The position numbers and the translations under genes are program-made. A stretch of DNA of 22,420 bases, taken from positions 62,001 through 84,420 of the IMG/VR virus record IMGVR_UViG_3300042868_013265; one strand, written 5' to 3'. This stretch comes from an uncultured virus (IMG/VR IMGVR_UViG_3300042868_013265) (taxonomy: Duplodnaviria; Heunggongvirae; Uroviricota; Caudoviricetes). The notes under the pieces are model-generated. The model was not told the DNA's origin. It made no database searches and saw only the letters and a program-made list of their open reading frames with translations. Within the stretch, counting starts at the first letter, position 1. The number at the start of each line of letters is the position of its first letter. This document shows, in pieces, positions 1 through 8,256 of the stretch.

Positions 1-1
1 C

Positions 2-3000
2 ACAGGCTCTTCAGGCACATCGGGCTCGGCAGGTTCTTCAGGAACATCAGGCTCGGCAGGTTCTTCAGGAACATCAGGCACAGCAGGTTCGAGTGGTACT
101 TCAGGAACACGTGGTTCTTCAGGTTCATCAGGTTCTACAGGAACGAGCGGTTCAAGCGGAACAAGCGGTAGCACAGGTTCAAGCGGTTCAACGGGTTCGA
201 GCGGAACAAGTGGAAGTACAGGTTCTTCAGGCTCTACAGGCTCAAGTGGAACATCAGGTTCAAGCGGAACAAGTGGAAGCACAGGTTCAAGCGGCTCAAC
301 GGGTTCAAGTGGTACTTCGGGTTCATCAGGAACATCAGCATCAAGCGGAAGTTCAGGAAGTGCGGGTACCTCAGGTAGTTCAGGCACTTCAGGGGCAAAT
401 GGGTCGAGTGGCTCAAGCGGAACAGCAGGTTCTTCAGGAAGCGCAGGTTCTTCGGGTTCTACAGGTTCTTCAGGAACAAGCGGTTCATCAGGAACAAGTG
501 GTAGCGCAGGTTCTTCAGGCTCTACAGGCTCAAGCGGAACAAGCGGTAGCGCAGGTTCATCAGGCACATCGGGTTCTGCAGGCTCTTCAGGCACATCAGG
601 TGCAAATGGTTCAAGTGGCACAAGCGGTTCAAGCGGAAGCGCAGGTTCTTCGGGTTCTACAGGAAGTTCAGGAACCTCAGGTTCAAGTGGCACAAGTGGT
701 AGCACAGGTTCAAGCGGGTCAACAGGTTCAAGCGGAACGAGCGGTAGCGCAGGTTCTTCAGGAACATCAGGCTCGGCAGGTTCTTCAGGAACATCAGGCA
801 CAGCGGGCTCTTCAGGCACGTCAGGCACAGCAGGTTCAAGTGGTACTTCGGGAACACGTGGTTCTTCAGGTTCATCAGGTTCTACAGGAACAAGCGGTTC
901 AAGCGGAACAAGTGGAAGCACAGGCTCAAGCGGCTCTACAGGCTCAAGTGGTACTTCGGGTTCGTCAGGAACATCGGCATCAAGTGGAAGTTCAGGAAGT
1001 GCGGGTACCTCAGGTAGTTCAGGCACTTCAGGGGCAAATGGCTCGAGTGGCTCAAGCGGAACATCAGGGTCTTCAGGAAGCGCAGGTTCTTCAGGTTCTA
1101 CAGGTTCTTCGGGAACAAGCGGTTCATCAGGAACAAGTGGTAGCACGGGCTCAAGCGGTTCTACAGGCTCAAGTGGGTCTACGGGAACATCGGGCTCAAG
1201 CGGAACTTCAGGGGTAAATGGGTCAAGTGGTTCTTCAGGAACTTCGGGTTCTGCGGGCTCATCAGGAACGTCAGGTTCTGCGGGCTCTTCGGGAACGAGC
1301 GGAAGCGCAGGTTCAAGCGGAAGCACAGGTTCATCAGGTTCTACAGGCTCATCAGGAACGTCGGGTTCTGCGGGCTCATCAGGAACGTCAGGTTCTGCGG
1401 GCTCTTCGGGAACTTCAGGCACAGCAGGTTCAAGTGGAACATCAGGAACTCGAGGTTCTTCAGGTTCATCAGGTTCTACAGGCACTTCAGGCTCAAGCGG
1501 AACAAGTGGAAGCACAGGTTCAAGCGGGTCAACGGGCTCAAGCGGAACAAGTGGAAGTACAGGTTCAAGCGGTTCGACAGGTTCAAGTGGAACAAGTGGA
1601 AGTACAGGTTCATCGGGTTCTACGGGTTCAAGCGGTACGAGTGGCTCATCAGGAACATCGGCATCAAGCGGAAGTTCAGGAAGTGCAGGTACGTCAGGTA
1701 GTTCAGGAACATCAGGAGCAAACGGCTCATCAGGCTCATCAGGAACTGCAGGTTCGTCAGGTAGCGCAGGTTCTACAGGTTCTTCAGGTTCCTCAGGAAC
1801 TTCGGGTTCATCAGGAACAAGCGGAAGCGCGGGTTCAACAGGTTCATCGGGCTCAAGTGGGTCTACGGGAACATCGGGCTCAAGTGGCTCAAGCGGTACA
1901 TCAGGTGCAAATGGCTCGAGCGGCTCAAGCGGAACAAGCGGTAGTGCGGGCTCATCAGGAACTTCGGGTTCTGCAGGCTCATCAGGAACGTCAGGTTCTG
2001 CAGGCTCTTCGGGAACTTCAGGTACAGCGGGGTCAAGTGGAACGTCAGGAACGCGCGGTTCGTCAGGTTCATCAGGTTCAACGGGTTCTTCAGGAACTTC
2101 AGGCTCAAGCGGAACAAGTGGAAGTACAGGTTCATCAGGTTCAACGGGTTCAAGCGGAACCTCAGGCTCATCAGGAACATCGGCATCAAGCGGAAGTTCA
2201 GGAAGCGCGGGAACATCGGGCTCAAGCGGAACTTCAGGGGCTAATGGCTCGAGTGGAACAAGCGGTTCGAGCGGAAGCGCGGGTTCTTCAGGTAGCACAG
2301 GTTCATCGGGAACATCAGGCTCATCGGGTACGAGCGGAAGCACGGGTTCTTCAGGTTCTACGGGTTCAAGCGGAACAGCGGGTTCAAGCGGTACTTCGGG
2401 TTCTTCAGGCTCAAGTGGCTCTGCAGGTACATCGGGCGCAAATGGTTCTTCAGGAACTTCAGGTTCAAGTGGAAGCGCAGGCTCATCAGGGTCTACGGGC
2501 TCAAGCGGAACGAGTGGCTCTGCGGGTTCATCAGGAACAGCAGGAACTTCGGGGTCTTCGGGTACTTCAGGTACAGCAGGTTCAAGTGGTACTTCGGGTA
2601 CACGGGGTTCATCAGGTTCTTCAGGGTCTACAGGAACTTCGGGTTCAAGCGGAACTTCAGGGGCAAATGGCTCAAGTGGAACGAGTGGCTCAAGTGGAAG
2701 CGCGGGCTCATCAGGCTCTACGGGCTCAAGCGGAACAAGTGGTAGCACGGGTTCTTCGGGCTCTACAGGGTCATCAGGAACAAGTGGTTCTTCAGGTACA
2801 TCAGGCTCAAGCGGTAGCGCGGGTTCAAGCGGTAGCGCAGGAACATCAGGAGCAAATGGCTCAAGTGGAACGAGTGGTTCTGCAGGAAGCGCAGGTTCTT
2901 CGGGTAGCACAGGTTCATCAGGAACTGCAGGTTCAAGTGGTACGGCAGGTTCTTCGGGTAGTGCAGGCTCAAGCGGGTCTACGGGTTCAAGCGGAACTTC

Positions 3001-5977
3001 GGGTTCAAGTGGCTCATCAGGAACATCAGGAGCGAATGGCTCAAGCGGTTCAAGCGGAACAAGTGGTTCTGCGGGCTCTTCAGGCACATCAGGAACTGCA
3101 GGCTCAAGCGGAACATCAGGAACTCGAGGTTCTTCAGGTTCATCAGGTTCTACAGGCTCAAGTGGGTCTACGGGTACGTCAGGCTCGAGCGGCTCAAGCG
3201 GAAGCGCGGGTACCTCAGGGGCAAACGGCTCAAGTGGTACAAGTGGGTCTTCAGGAAGTGCAGGTTCTACAGGGTCTTCGGGTTCATCAGGAACATCGGG
3301 TTCAAGCGGAACAAGCGGAAGTGCAGGTTCAAGCGGCTCTACAGGCTCAAGTGGCTCTACGGGCACTTCAGGCTCAAGTGGCTCGAGCGGAAGTGCAGGC
3401 ACATCGGGTGCAAATGGCTCAAGTGGTACAAGTGGTTCTGCAGGAAGTGCGGGTTCAAGTGGGTCTACGGGTTCGTCAGGAACTGCAGGTTCCTCAGGAA
3501 CGAGCGGTAGTGCGGGCTCAAGCGGCTCTACAGGCTCAAGTGGGTCTACAGGTACGTCAGGTTCCTCAGGCTCTTCAGGCACATCAGGAACTGCAGGTTC
3601 AAGCGGAACATCAGGAACTCGAGGTTCTTCAGGTTCTTCAGGTTCTACAGGCTCAAGTGGCTCTACGGGTACTTCAGGTTCAAGCGGAAGCGCGGGTACA
3701 TCGGGTGCAAACGGTTCTTCAGGAACATCAGGCTCAAGCGGAAGTACAGGTTCAAGTGGCTCTACAGGGTCAAGTGGAACATCAGGTTCTTCAGGAAGTG
3801 CGGGTTCTACAGGTTCTTCAGGGTCTTCAGGAACAGCGGGTTCATCAGGAACATCGGCATCAAGCGGAAGTTCAGGAAGCGCAGGTACTTCAGGGGCCAA
3901 CGGTTCTTCGGGTACTTCGGGCTCATCAGGAAGCGCGGGTTCTACGGGTTCATCAGGCTCAAGCGGAACAGCGGGCTCATCAGGAAGCGCAGGTTCAAGT
4001 GGTTCTACGGGTTCAAGCGGCACCGCAGGTTCAAGCGGAACTTCAGGTACACGCGGTTCATCAGGCTCAAGCGGTTCAGCGGGTACTTCAGGTGCGAATG
4101 GTTCAAGTGGTTCAAGCGGAACGAGTGGCTCTTCAGGAAGTGCAGGTTCAACAGGTTCGAGCGGTTCTACGGGTACATCAGGCTCAAGCGGCTCAAGTGG
4201 AACGAGCGGCTCTTCAGGAAGTGCAGGTTCAACAGGTTCGAGCGGTTCTACGGGTACATCAGGCTCAAGTGGCTCAAGTGGAAACACGGGTGCTGCGGGT
4301 TCATCAGGAACTTCGGGTTCTTCAGGAAGCGCAGGGTCAAGTGGTTCTACGGGTTCAAGCGGAACGAGCGGCTCATCAGGTAGCGCAGGCTCTACGGGTT
4401 CAAGCGGGTCTACGGGTACTTCAGGCTCAAGCGGCTCAAGCGGAAATACGGGTGCGGCAGGTTCTTCAGGAACGAGCGGCTCATCAGGTAGCGCAGGCTC
4501 TACGGGTTCTTCGGGTTCATCAGGAACTGCGGGTTCTTCAGGTACGTCAGGTACAAGAGGTTCATCAGGCTCAAGTGGTTCTACGGGTTCAAGCGGCTCT
4601 ACAGGTACGTCAGGCTCAAGCGGTTCAAGTGGAAACACGGGTGCGGCAGGTTCTTCAGGAACGAGCGGCTCATCAGGAAGCGCGGGTTCTACGGGTTCTT
4701 CAGGTTCTACGGGAACTTCGGGTTCGAGCGGTTCAAGTGGAAACACGGGTGCGGCAGGTTCTTCAGGAACATCGGGCTCAAGCGGTTCGAGCGGTTCAAG
4801 TGGAAACACAGGTGCGGCAGGTTCTTCAGGAACATCGGGCTCAAGCGGGTCAAGCGGAAACACGGGTGCAGCGGGTTCTTCAGGTACTTCGGGCTCAAGC
4901 GGTTCAAGTGGAAACACAGGTGCGGCAGGTTCTTCAGGAACTTCGGGTTCGAGTGGAAACACAGGTGCAGCAGGTTCATCAGGAACATCGGGCTCAAGTG
5001 GAAACACGGGTGCTGCAGGTTCTTCAGGTACTTCGGGCTCAAGTGGAAACACAGGTGCAGCAGGTTCTTCAGGCACAAGTGGTGTTAGTGGTGCAGCGGG
5101 TTCTTCAGGCACAAGCGGTGTCAATGGTGCGGCAGGTTCTTCAGGAACTTCGGGCGCGAATGGTGCGGCAGGGTCATCGGGTACGTCAGGAACAAGAGGT
5201 TCTTCAGGAACATCAGGTGCAAACGGTGCGAACGGTTCATCGGGTACAAGCGGTGTCAATGGTGCGGCAGGTTCTTCAGGAACTTCGGGCGCGAATGGTG
5301 CGGCAGGGTCATCGGGTACGTCAGGAACAAGAGGTTCTTCAGGAACATCAGGTGCAAACGGTGCGAACGGTTCATCGGGTACAAGCGGTGCAAACGGTGC
5401 AGCGGGTTCTTCAGGAACGTCAGGCTCAAGTGGTAATACAGGTGCTGCAGGTTCTTCAGGTACGAGCGGTACGAGCGTAGCCGTGAGCGGTACAACAAAC
5501 AGAATCGTTAAGTTTACGGCATCTACGACCATAGGTAACGCAAACGCGTCCGACGATGGAACGACATTCGAAGTCTTGAATACAGTTGGATTTAAGGCGG
5601 CCAAGTCGTTAGCAGTAGGTGCTTTGTCACCGTCAGCAACCACAGGTCGAATTGATGCTTCAAACGACATCGTAGCGTTCTCTACATCAGACAAACGCTT
5701 CAAAGAAAACGTGAAGCGAATTGAAAACGCCCTCGAGAAAATCAAGACAATCGGTGGATACTCATTCGATTGGCGCGAGGAAGGCTTCGAGGCTCACGGA
5801 TTCAAGGGAAGTGATGTCGGAGTAATCGCGCAAGAAATCGAGTCAGTGTTGCCCGAAATCGTGAAGGTAAAAGCAAACGGATTCAAGGGTGTACGTTATG
5901 AAAAAATCATCGCCTTGGTAATTGAAGCAATCAAGGAGTTGGATGATAAAGTGGAAAAACTAAAAAACAATCAATAA
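2..5977 (+). CDS. Giant Gly-X-Y (Ser/Thr-rich, Pro-free) collagen-like fibre protein with C-terminal peptidase S74 chaperone; 5'-truncated by the window edge, >=1991 aa
   Basis: Frame +2 reads TGSSGTSGSAGSSGTSGSAG... from base 2. Gly codons stay in 9-nt register from 5 to 5468 (5463 = 607 x 9). The frame continues without a stop into ORF 5483..5977 (...GTSGTSVAVSGTTNRIVKF...). That ORF has S74 motifs SDKRFKENV, YSFDW, DVGVIAQEIESVLPEIV and VRYEKIIALVIEAIKEL. Confidence 0.93.
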   Translation, partial: TGSSGTSGSAGSSGTSGSAGSSGTSGTAGSSGTSGTRGSSGSSGSTGTSGSSGTSGSTGSSGSTGSSGTSGSTGSSGSTGSSGTSGSSGTSGSTGSSGSTGSSGTSGSSGTSASSGSSGSAGTSGSSGTSGANGSSGSSGTAGSSGSAGSSGSTGSSGTSGSSGTSGSAGSSGSTGSSGTSGSAGSSGTSGSAGSSGTSGANGSSGTSGSSGSAGSSGSTGSSGTSGSSGTSGSTGSSGSTGSSGTSGSAGSSGTSGSAGSSGTSGTAGSSGTSGTAGSSGTSGTRGSSGSSGSTGTSGSSGTSGSTGSSGSTGSSGTSGSSGTSASSGSSGSAGTSGSSGTSGANGSSGSSGTSGSSGSAGSSGSTGSSGTSGSSGTSGSTGSSGSTGSSGSTGTSGSSGTSGVNGSSGSSGTSGSAGSSGTSGSAGSSGTSGSAGSSGSTGSSGSTGSSGTSGSAGSSGTSGSAGSSGTSGTAGSSGTSGTRGSSGSSGSTGTSGSSGTSGSTGSSGSTGSSGTSGSTGSSGSTGSSGTSGSTGSSGSTGSSGTSGSSGTSASSGSSGSAGTSGSSGTSGANGSSGSSGTAGSSGSAGSTGSSGSSGTSGSSGTSGSAGSTGSSGSSGSTGTSGSSGSSGTSGANGSSGSSGTSGSAGSSGTSGSAGSSGTSGSAGSSGTSGTAGSSGTSGTRGSSGSSGSTGSSGTSGSSGTSGSTGSSGSTGSSGTSGSSGTSASSGSSGSAGTSGSSGTSGANGSSGTSGSSGSAGSSGSTGSSGTSGSSGTSGSTGSSGSTGSSGTAGSSGTSGSSGSSGSAGTSGANGSSGTSGSSGSAGSSGSTGSSGTSGSAGSSGTAGTSGSSGTSGTAGSSGTSGTRGSSGSSGSTGTSGSSGTSGANGSSGTSGSSGSAGSSGSTGSSGTSGSTGSSGSTGSSGTSGSSGTSGSSGSAGSSGSAGTSGANGSSGTSGSAGSAGSSGSTGSSGTAGSSGTAGSSGSAGSSGSTGSSGTSGSSGSSGTSGANGSSGSSGTSGSAGSSGTSGTAGSSGTSGTRGSSGSSGSTGSSGSTGTSGSSGSSGSAGTSGANGSSGTSGSSGSAGSTGSSGSSGTSGSSGTSGSAGSSGSTGSSGSTGTSGSSGSSGSAGTSGANGSSGTSGSAGSAGSSGSTGSSGTAGSSGTSGSAGSSGSTGSSGSTGTSGSSGSSGTSGTAGSSGTSGTRGSSGSSGSTGSSGSTGTSGSSGSAGTSGANGSSGTSGSSGSTGSSGSTGSSGTSGSSGSAGSTGSSGSSGTAGSSGTSASSGSSGSAGTSGANGSSGTSGSSGSAGSTGSSGSSGTAGSSGSAGSSGSTGSSGTAGSSGTSGTRGSSGSSGSAGTSGANGSSGSSGTSGSSGSAGSTGSSGSTGTSGSSGSSGTSGSSGSAGSTGSSGSTGTSGSSGSSGNTGAAGSSGTSGSSGSAGSSGSTGSSGTSGSSGSAGSTGSSGSTGTSGSSGSSGNTGAAGSSGTSGSSGSAGSTGSSGSSGTAGSSGTSGTRGSSGSSGSTGSSGSTGTSGSSGSSGNTGAAGSSGTSGSSGSAGSTGSSGSTGTSGSSGSSGNTGAAGSSGTSGSSGSSGSSGNTGAAGSSGTSGSSGSSGNTGAAGSSGTSGSSGSSGNTGAAGSSGTSGSSGNTGAAGSSGTSGSSGNTGAAGSSGTSGSSGNTGAAGSSGTSGVSGAAGSSGTSGVNGAAGSSGTSGANGAAGSSGTSGTRGSSGTSGANGANGSSGTSGVNGAAGSSGTSGANGAAGSSGTSGTRGSSGTSGANGANGSSGTSGANGAAGSSGTSGSSGNTGAAGSSGTSGTSVAVSGTTNRIVKFTASTTIGNANASDDGTTFEVLNTVGFKAAKSLAVGALSPSATTGRIDASNDIVAFSTSDKRFKENVKRIENALEKIKTIGGYSFDWREEGFEAHGFKGSDVGVIAQEIESVLPEIVKVKANGFKGVRYEKIIALVIEAIKELDDKVEKLKNNQ
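4118..4279 (+). repeat. 81-bp near-identical tandem duplication inside the fibre gene
   Basis: ggaacgagYggctcttcaggaagtgcaggttcaacaggttcgagcggttctacgggtacatcaggctcaag occurs at 4118 and 4199. Confidence 0.85.
5111..5390 (+). repeat. 135-bp tandem duplication (2 copies plus 10 bp) inside the fibre gene
   Basis: acaagcggtgtcaatggtgcggcagg... starts at 5111 and again at 5246. A third start at 5381 diverges after 10 nt. Confidence 0.9.
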
Positions 5978-6654
5978 TGGCAGTTCCATCATCAAACATA
6001 AGTATGACGGCTATCTATCAGGAGGCGAACGCAGGTTCGCCTCCATCAGATTTAGCGGTGAGCGACTTATTCAAAAAATCATATTTTGAAAGTAATGCAT
6101 TTGGTGGCTCCCTTACATTTAATGCTTGGGGACAATATGGGAATGCGAGTGGAGCAGATAGGATTTATGGATTAAGTGCAAGTGATACCAATAACAATTT
6201 CAATCAGTTTGCGTCAAAAGTTTATTATATGGATAATTCAACTTATGCAAACTATGTAGATATTATTAATAATTTGAGTCCCCCCGCTCCCCCCGCGCCT
6301 CCTTTTGATAATGACATTGATGTATTTTGTAGATTATATGATTCTACAGGTACACATATTTATAGTTCATTTTTCCAAAGCGTATTTGCAGGTGGAAGTG
6401 TATCGCAAATATTCAGTAATACCACTGAACCGATTTTGGCAGTAGCATATTGGGAGGTTCAGTTTCAGCCTGTCAGTGGAAGTTTTGGTGGTACAACTTG
6501 TAATATTGGCATCAATAATACAAGTGTAGTAAGTGGTGGAACTATTAATGCAACAGGTATTACAACTTTTGATTTCAGCACTTTAGGAAGCGTAGCAGTA
6601 GGCTCAAGTTCGTCAGGGTATATTGGTACTTACTTTGATATTAGTATTGGTTGA
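5977..6654 (+). CDS. Probable fibre-associated virion protein (tip/adhesin-like), 225 aa
   Basis: TAATG-coupled to the fibre gene. The N-terminus MAVPSSNISMTAIYQEA...LAVSDLF resembles the MAxPxSxxIS motif of proteins that often follow phage tail fibres. A Pro linker (PPAPPAPP) precedes a beta-rich S/T/G/aromatic C-terminal domain. Confidence 0.55.
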   Translation: MAVPSSNISMTAIYQEANAGSPPSDLAVSDLFKKSYFESNAFGGSLTFNAWGQYGNASGADRIYGLSASDTNNNFNQFASKVYYMDNSTYANYVDIINNLSPPAPPAPPFDNDIDVFCRLYDSTGTHIYSSFFQSVFAGGSVSQIFSNTTEPILAVAYWEVQFQPVSGSFGGTTCNIGINNTSVVSGGTINATGITTFDFSTLGSVAVGSSSSGYIGTYFDISIG

Positions 6655-6655
6655 T

Positions 6656-6663
6656 TAAATTTG
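6656..6663 (+). promoter_or_regulatory. Bacteroidota sigma-70 -7 element (TAAATTTG)
   Basis: Matches TAnnTTTG, 21 nt upstream of the ATG at 6685. Confidence 0.45.
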
Positions 6664-6684
6664 TACAAAATTAAATATGTAATT

Positions 6685-6942
6685 ATGGAAAAAATATTAT
6701 TAACCGAAGAGGAATTAAATGAAAGCAGAATCATTAGCCAAATTCAGACCGATTTGAATTCACACGTAACAAAGTTTACAAGAGAAATAGAATCGCTAAA
6801 ATTGAAACGTAAATACGCCCTTGAAGAATTGAATGAATTGGATGAAAAAAACAAAGTCTTTTTTAAGGGAATCACCAACAAATATGGGTATGTTAAAATA
6901 AACCTTGAAACAGGCGAAGTAACCCCAATAGATGAAAAATGA
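6685..6942 (+). CDS. Small coiled-coil hypothetical phage protein, 85 aa
   Basis: ATG at 6685 (MEKILLTEEEL...) is preferred over TTG 6661, which overlaps the promoter motif. Heptad-like helix ending KYGYVKINLETGEVTP. Confidence 0.75.
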   Translation: MEKILLTEEELNESRIISQIQTDLNSHVTKFTREIESLKLKRKYALEELNELDEKNKVFFKGITNKYGYVKINLETGEVTPIDEK

Positions 6943-7412
6943 TAGTTGTTTTTTATGGTAAAAGAAACTCAGGAAAGACAACACTGTGTCGTGAGTTTTA
7001 CGGTTGGGTGAAGCAAAATTTACCTCTTAGGTGTCACTATTTAGATGCAGATAAACTGCGATTTGTTTATGGGTTAAAAGGGTTTTCAGAACAGACGGAA
7101 AGGGCTTTAATACAAAAAGCGATGGAAATATCGCGTTATGAGGAAAGTTTAAATGACGTTGTTTTGATTAGTATTTCTTTTGCATATAAAGACCAAAGAG
7201 CAATATTCGAAGAAAACAAAGGGATTTTATGGGTTCCGTTAACACACGATGAGTCTAAAAGACCTACCAATAAAAAAGAATTTGAAAATCCTGAATTTGA
7301 AAAATTAGAGAATGAAATTAACACATCTGAAAATGATGTTAAATCGGCATTGAATATGGTAATTCAACGCTACAAAGATTTTTGTGTAACTTCGCAATAT
7401 AAGGGGAAATGA
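6939..7412 (+). CDS. Adenylyl-sulfate (APS) kinase-like P-loop kinase, shortened CysC-like, 157 aa
   Basis: Walker A GKRNSGKTT. LDADKLR (cf. CysC LDGDNIR), GFSEQTER (cf. GFSxEDR), ISFAYKDQR (cf. ISPYRxDR) and FENP (cf. YExP) occur in CysC order. Confidence 0.7.
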   Translation: MIVVFYGKRNSGKTTLCREFYGWVKQNLPLRCHYLDADKLRFVYGLKGFSEQTERALIQKAMEISRYEESLNDVVLISISFAYKDQRAIFEENKGILWVPLTHDESKRPTNKKEFENPEFEKLENEINTSENDVKSALNMVIQRYKDFCVTSQYKGK

Positions 7413-7630
7413 CAACTCAACAGCAACAAAGCGCAATGATTGAAAAATGGGTAAATCGCATACTTCTTGGAATATGCGCATTTTTCTGTGCTCAATTATT
7501 TGCGGATATGAAAACTCAACGTCAGGACATAGAAGAAGTGAAATTGAGTAATGCGAGAATTGAAACGGAAATAAAGTACATCAGAGAAATGGTGGAGCCG
7601 TATCGAAATAATAAAATAGTTAACAATTAA
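7409..7630 (+). CDS. Small single-TM plus coiled-coil membrane protein (holin-like or virion membrane protein)
   Basis: Hydrophobic ILLGICAFFCAQLF followed by heptads. ATGA overlap with the upstream gene. Confidence 0.65.
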   Translation: MTTQQQQSAMIEKWVNRILLGICAFFCAQLFADMKTQRQDIEEVKLSNARIETEIKYIREMVEPYRNNKIVNN

Positions 7631-7636
7631 AAAATT

Positions 7637-7939
7637 ATGCCAATACCTGTAGCAATAGCGGCAGCATTAATCACAACGGCAGGTAGTACGGCTGTAGGTG
7701 GTTTAGATGTTGTCTCAAAACGAAAACTTGAAAAAAACCTTGCTAAATTAAACGCTGCGGAGGCAGAGGCTCTTCAAAAGCAATTAGCAAAAGAAAAGGA
7801 CGCTCAAACCAAATTGATTTTATTGCAGGATGCTGCGGATAAAGCGCAAAAAAGGAGCACGACGAATATAATTATTGGCTCTACAATAGGTTTAATCGGC
7901 CTCATTGCTGCAATTATCGTGTTTAAAAAGAAAAAATGA
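7637..7939 (+). CDS. Small membrane protein: hydrophobic N-terminus, coiled coil, C-terminal TM with KKKK tail
   Basis: MPIPVAIAAALITTAG... and IIIGSTIGLIGLIAAIIVFKKKK. Confidence 0.8.
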   Translation: MPIPVAIAAALITTAGSTAVGGLDVVSKRKLEKNLAKLNAAEAEALQKQLAKEKDAQTKLILLQDAADKAQKRSTTNIIIGSTIGLIGLIAAIIVFKKKK

Positions 7940-8256
7940 TGGAGTTTTCAAAAGAAGTAAAAAACGCTGTAATTATTGCAGTTGCGACAATTACTTTATA
8001 TATGTTGTTAAAACCTAAAAAGAATGGTATAAGTAAGCCTATGAAGGCTACTAAAGATGAATTGAGTCAAAAACAAAACGCCCGAACTATTTTGGATGCT
8101 TACTTAAACGCGGTTGATGCAAAAGAATCACCAACAGCATTGCAGAAGTTGAATTCAATTTTTGCAGATGAATATTCGATGAAGGTATTTAAAACCAAAA
8201 GTGGTAGTTATGTTGCAAGGACTTTAGATGGTAAAGATGTATTGGTAGCAAAATAA
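7936..8256 (+). CDS. Hypothetical protein with N-terminal TM anchor
   Basis: AVIIAVATITLYMLL followed by KPKK. ATGA overlap. Confidence 0.8.
   Translation: MMEFSKEVKNAVIIAVATITLYMLLKPKKNGISKPMKATKDELSQKQNARTILDAYLNAVDAKESPTALQKLNSIFADEYSMKVFKTKSGSYVARTLDGKDVLVAK

Larger units (their letters stand above)
5..5476 (+). repeat. Degenerate 9-bp coding tandem repeat (GGN-X-Y), about 608 units
   Basis: Units such as GGT TCT TCA, GGA ACA TCA and GGT TCA AGC repeat with synonymous variation. The register was checked at 302, 968, 1202, 2174, 3848 and 5468. Confidence 0.95.

Noticed and set aside
1..5476. CRISPR array or non-coding satellite
   Set aside because: No constant repeat with unique spacers; variation is concentrated at synonymous positions, as expected for coding sequence.
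5..5476. Ice-nucleation or antifreeze protein
   Set aside because: No InaZ-type AGYGSTxT repeats. The similarity to springtail Gly-X-X antifreeze proteins is only compositional, and the S74 domain points to a trimeric fibre.
93..5480. ORFs 93..1217 (374 aa) and 1218..5480 (1420 aa), Q/V/L/A/R-rich, as real or overlapping genes
   Set aside because: They are the +1 shadow of the Gly-X-Y frame. Stops arise there only from NTA/NTG codons in frame +2, which G/S/T/A/N/R repeats lack; the two stops fall exactly at rare Val GTA codons. Only frame +2 joins the S74 domain.
234..5498. Short minus-strand L/N/P/F-rich ORFs within the repeat
   Set aside because: Antisense shadows of the repeat with no independent signals.
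5483..5977. Stand-alone 164-aa S74 gene starting at GTG
   Set aside because: The GTG is simply the first in-frame start-like codon; the frame is open upstream to the window edge.
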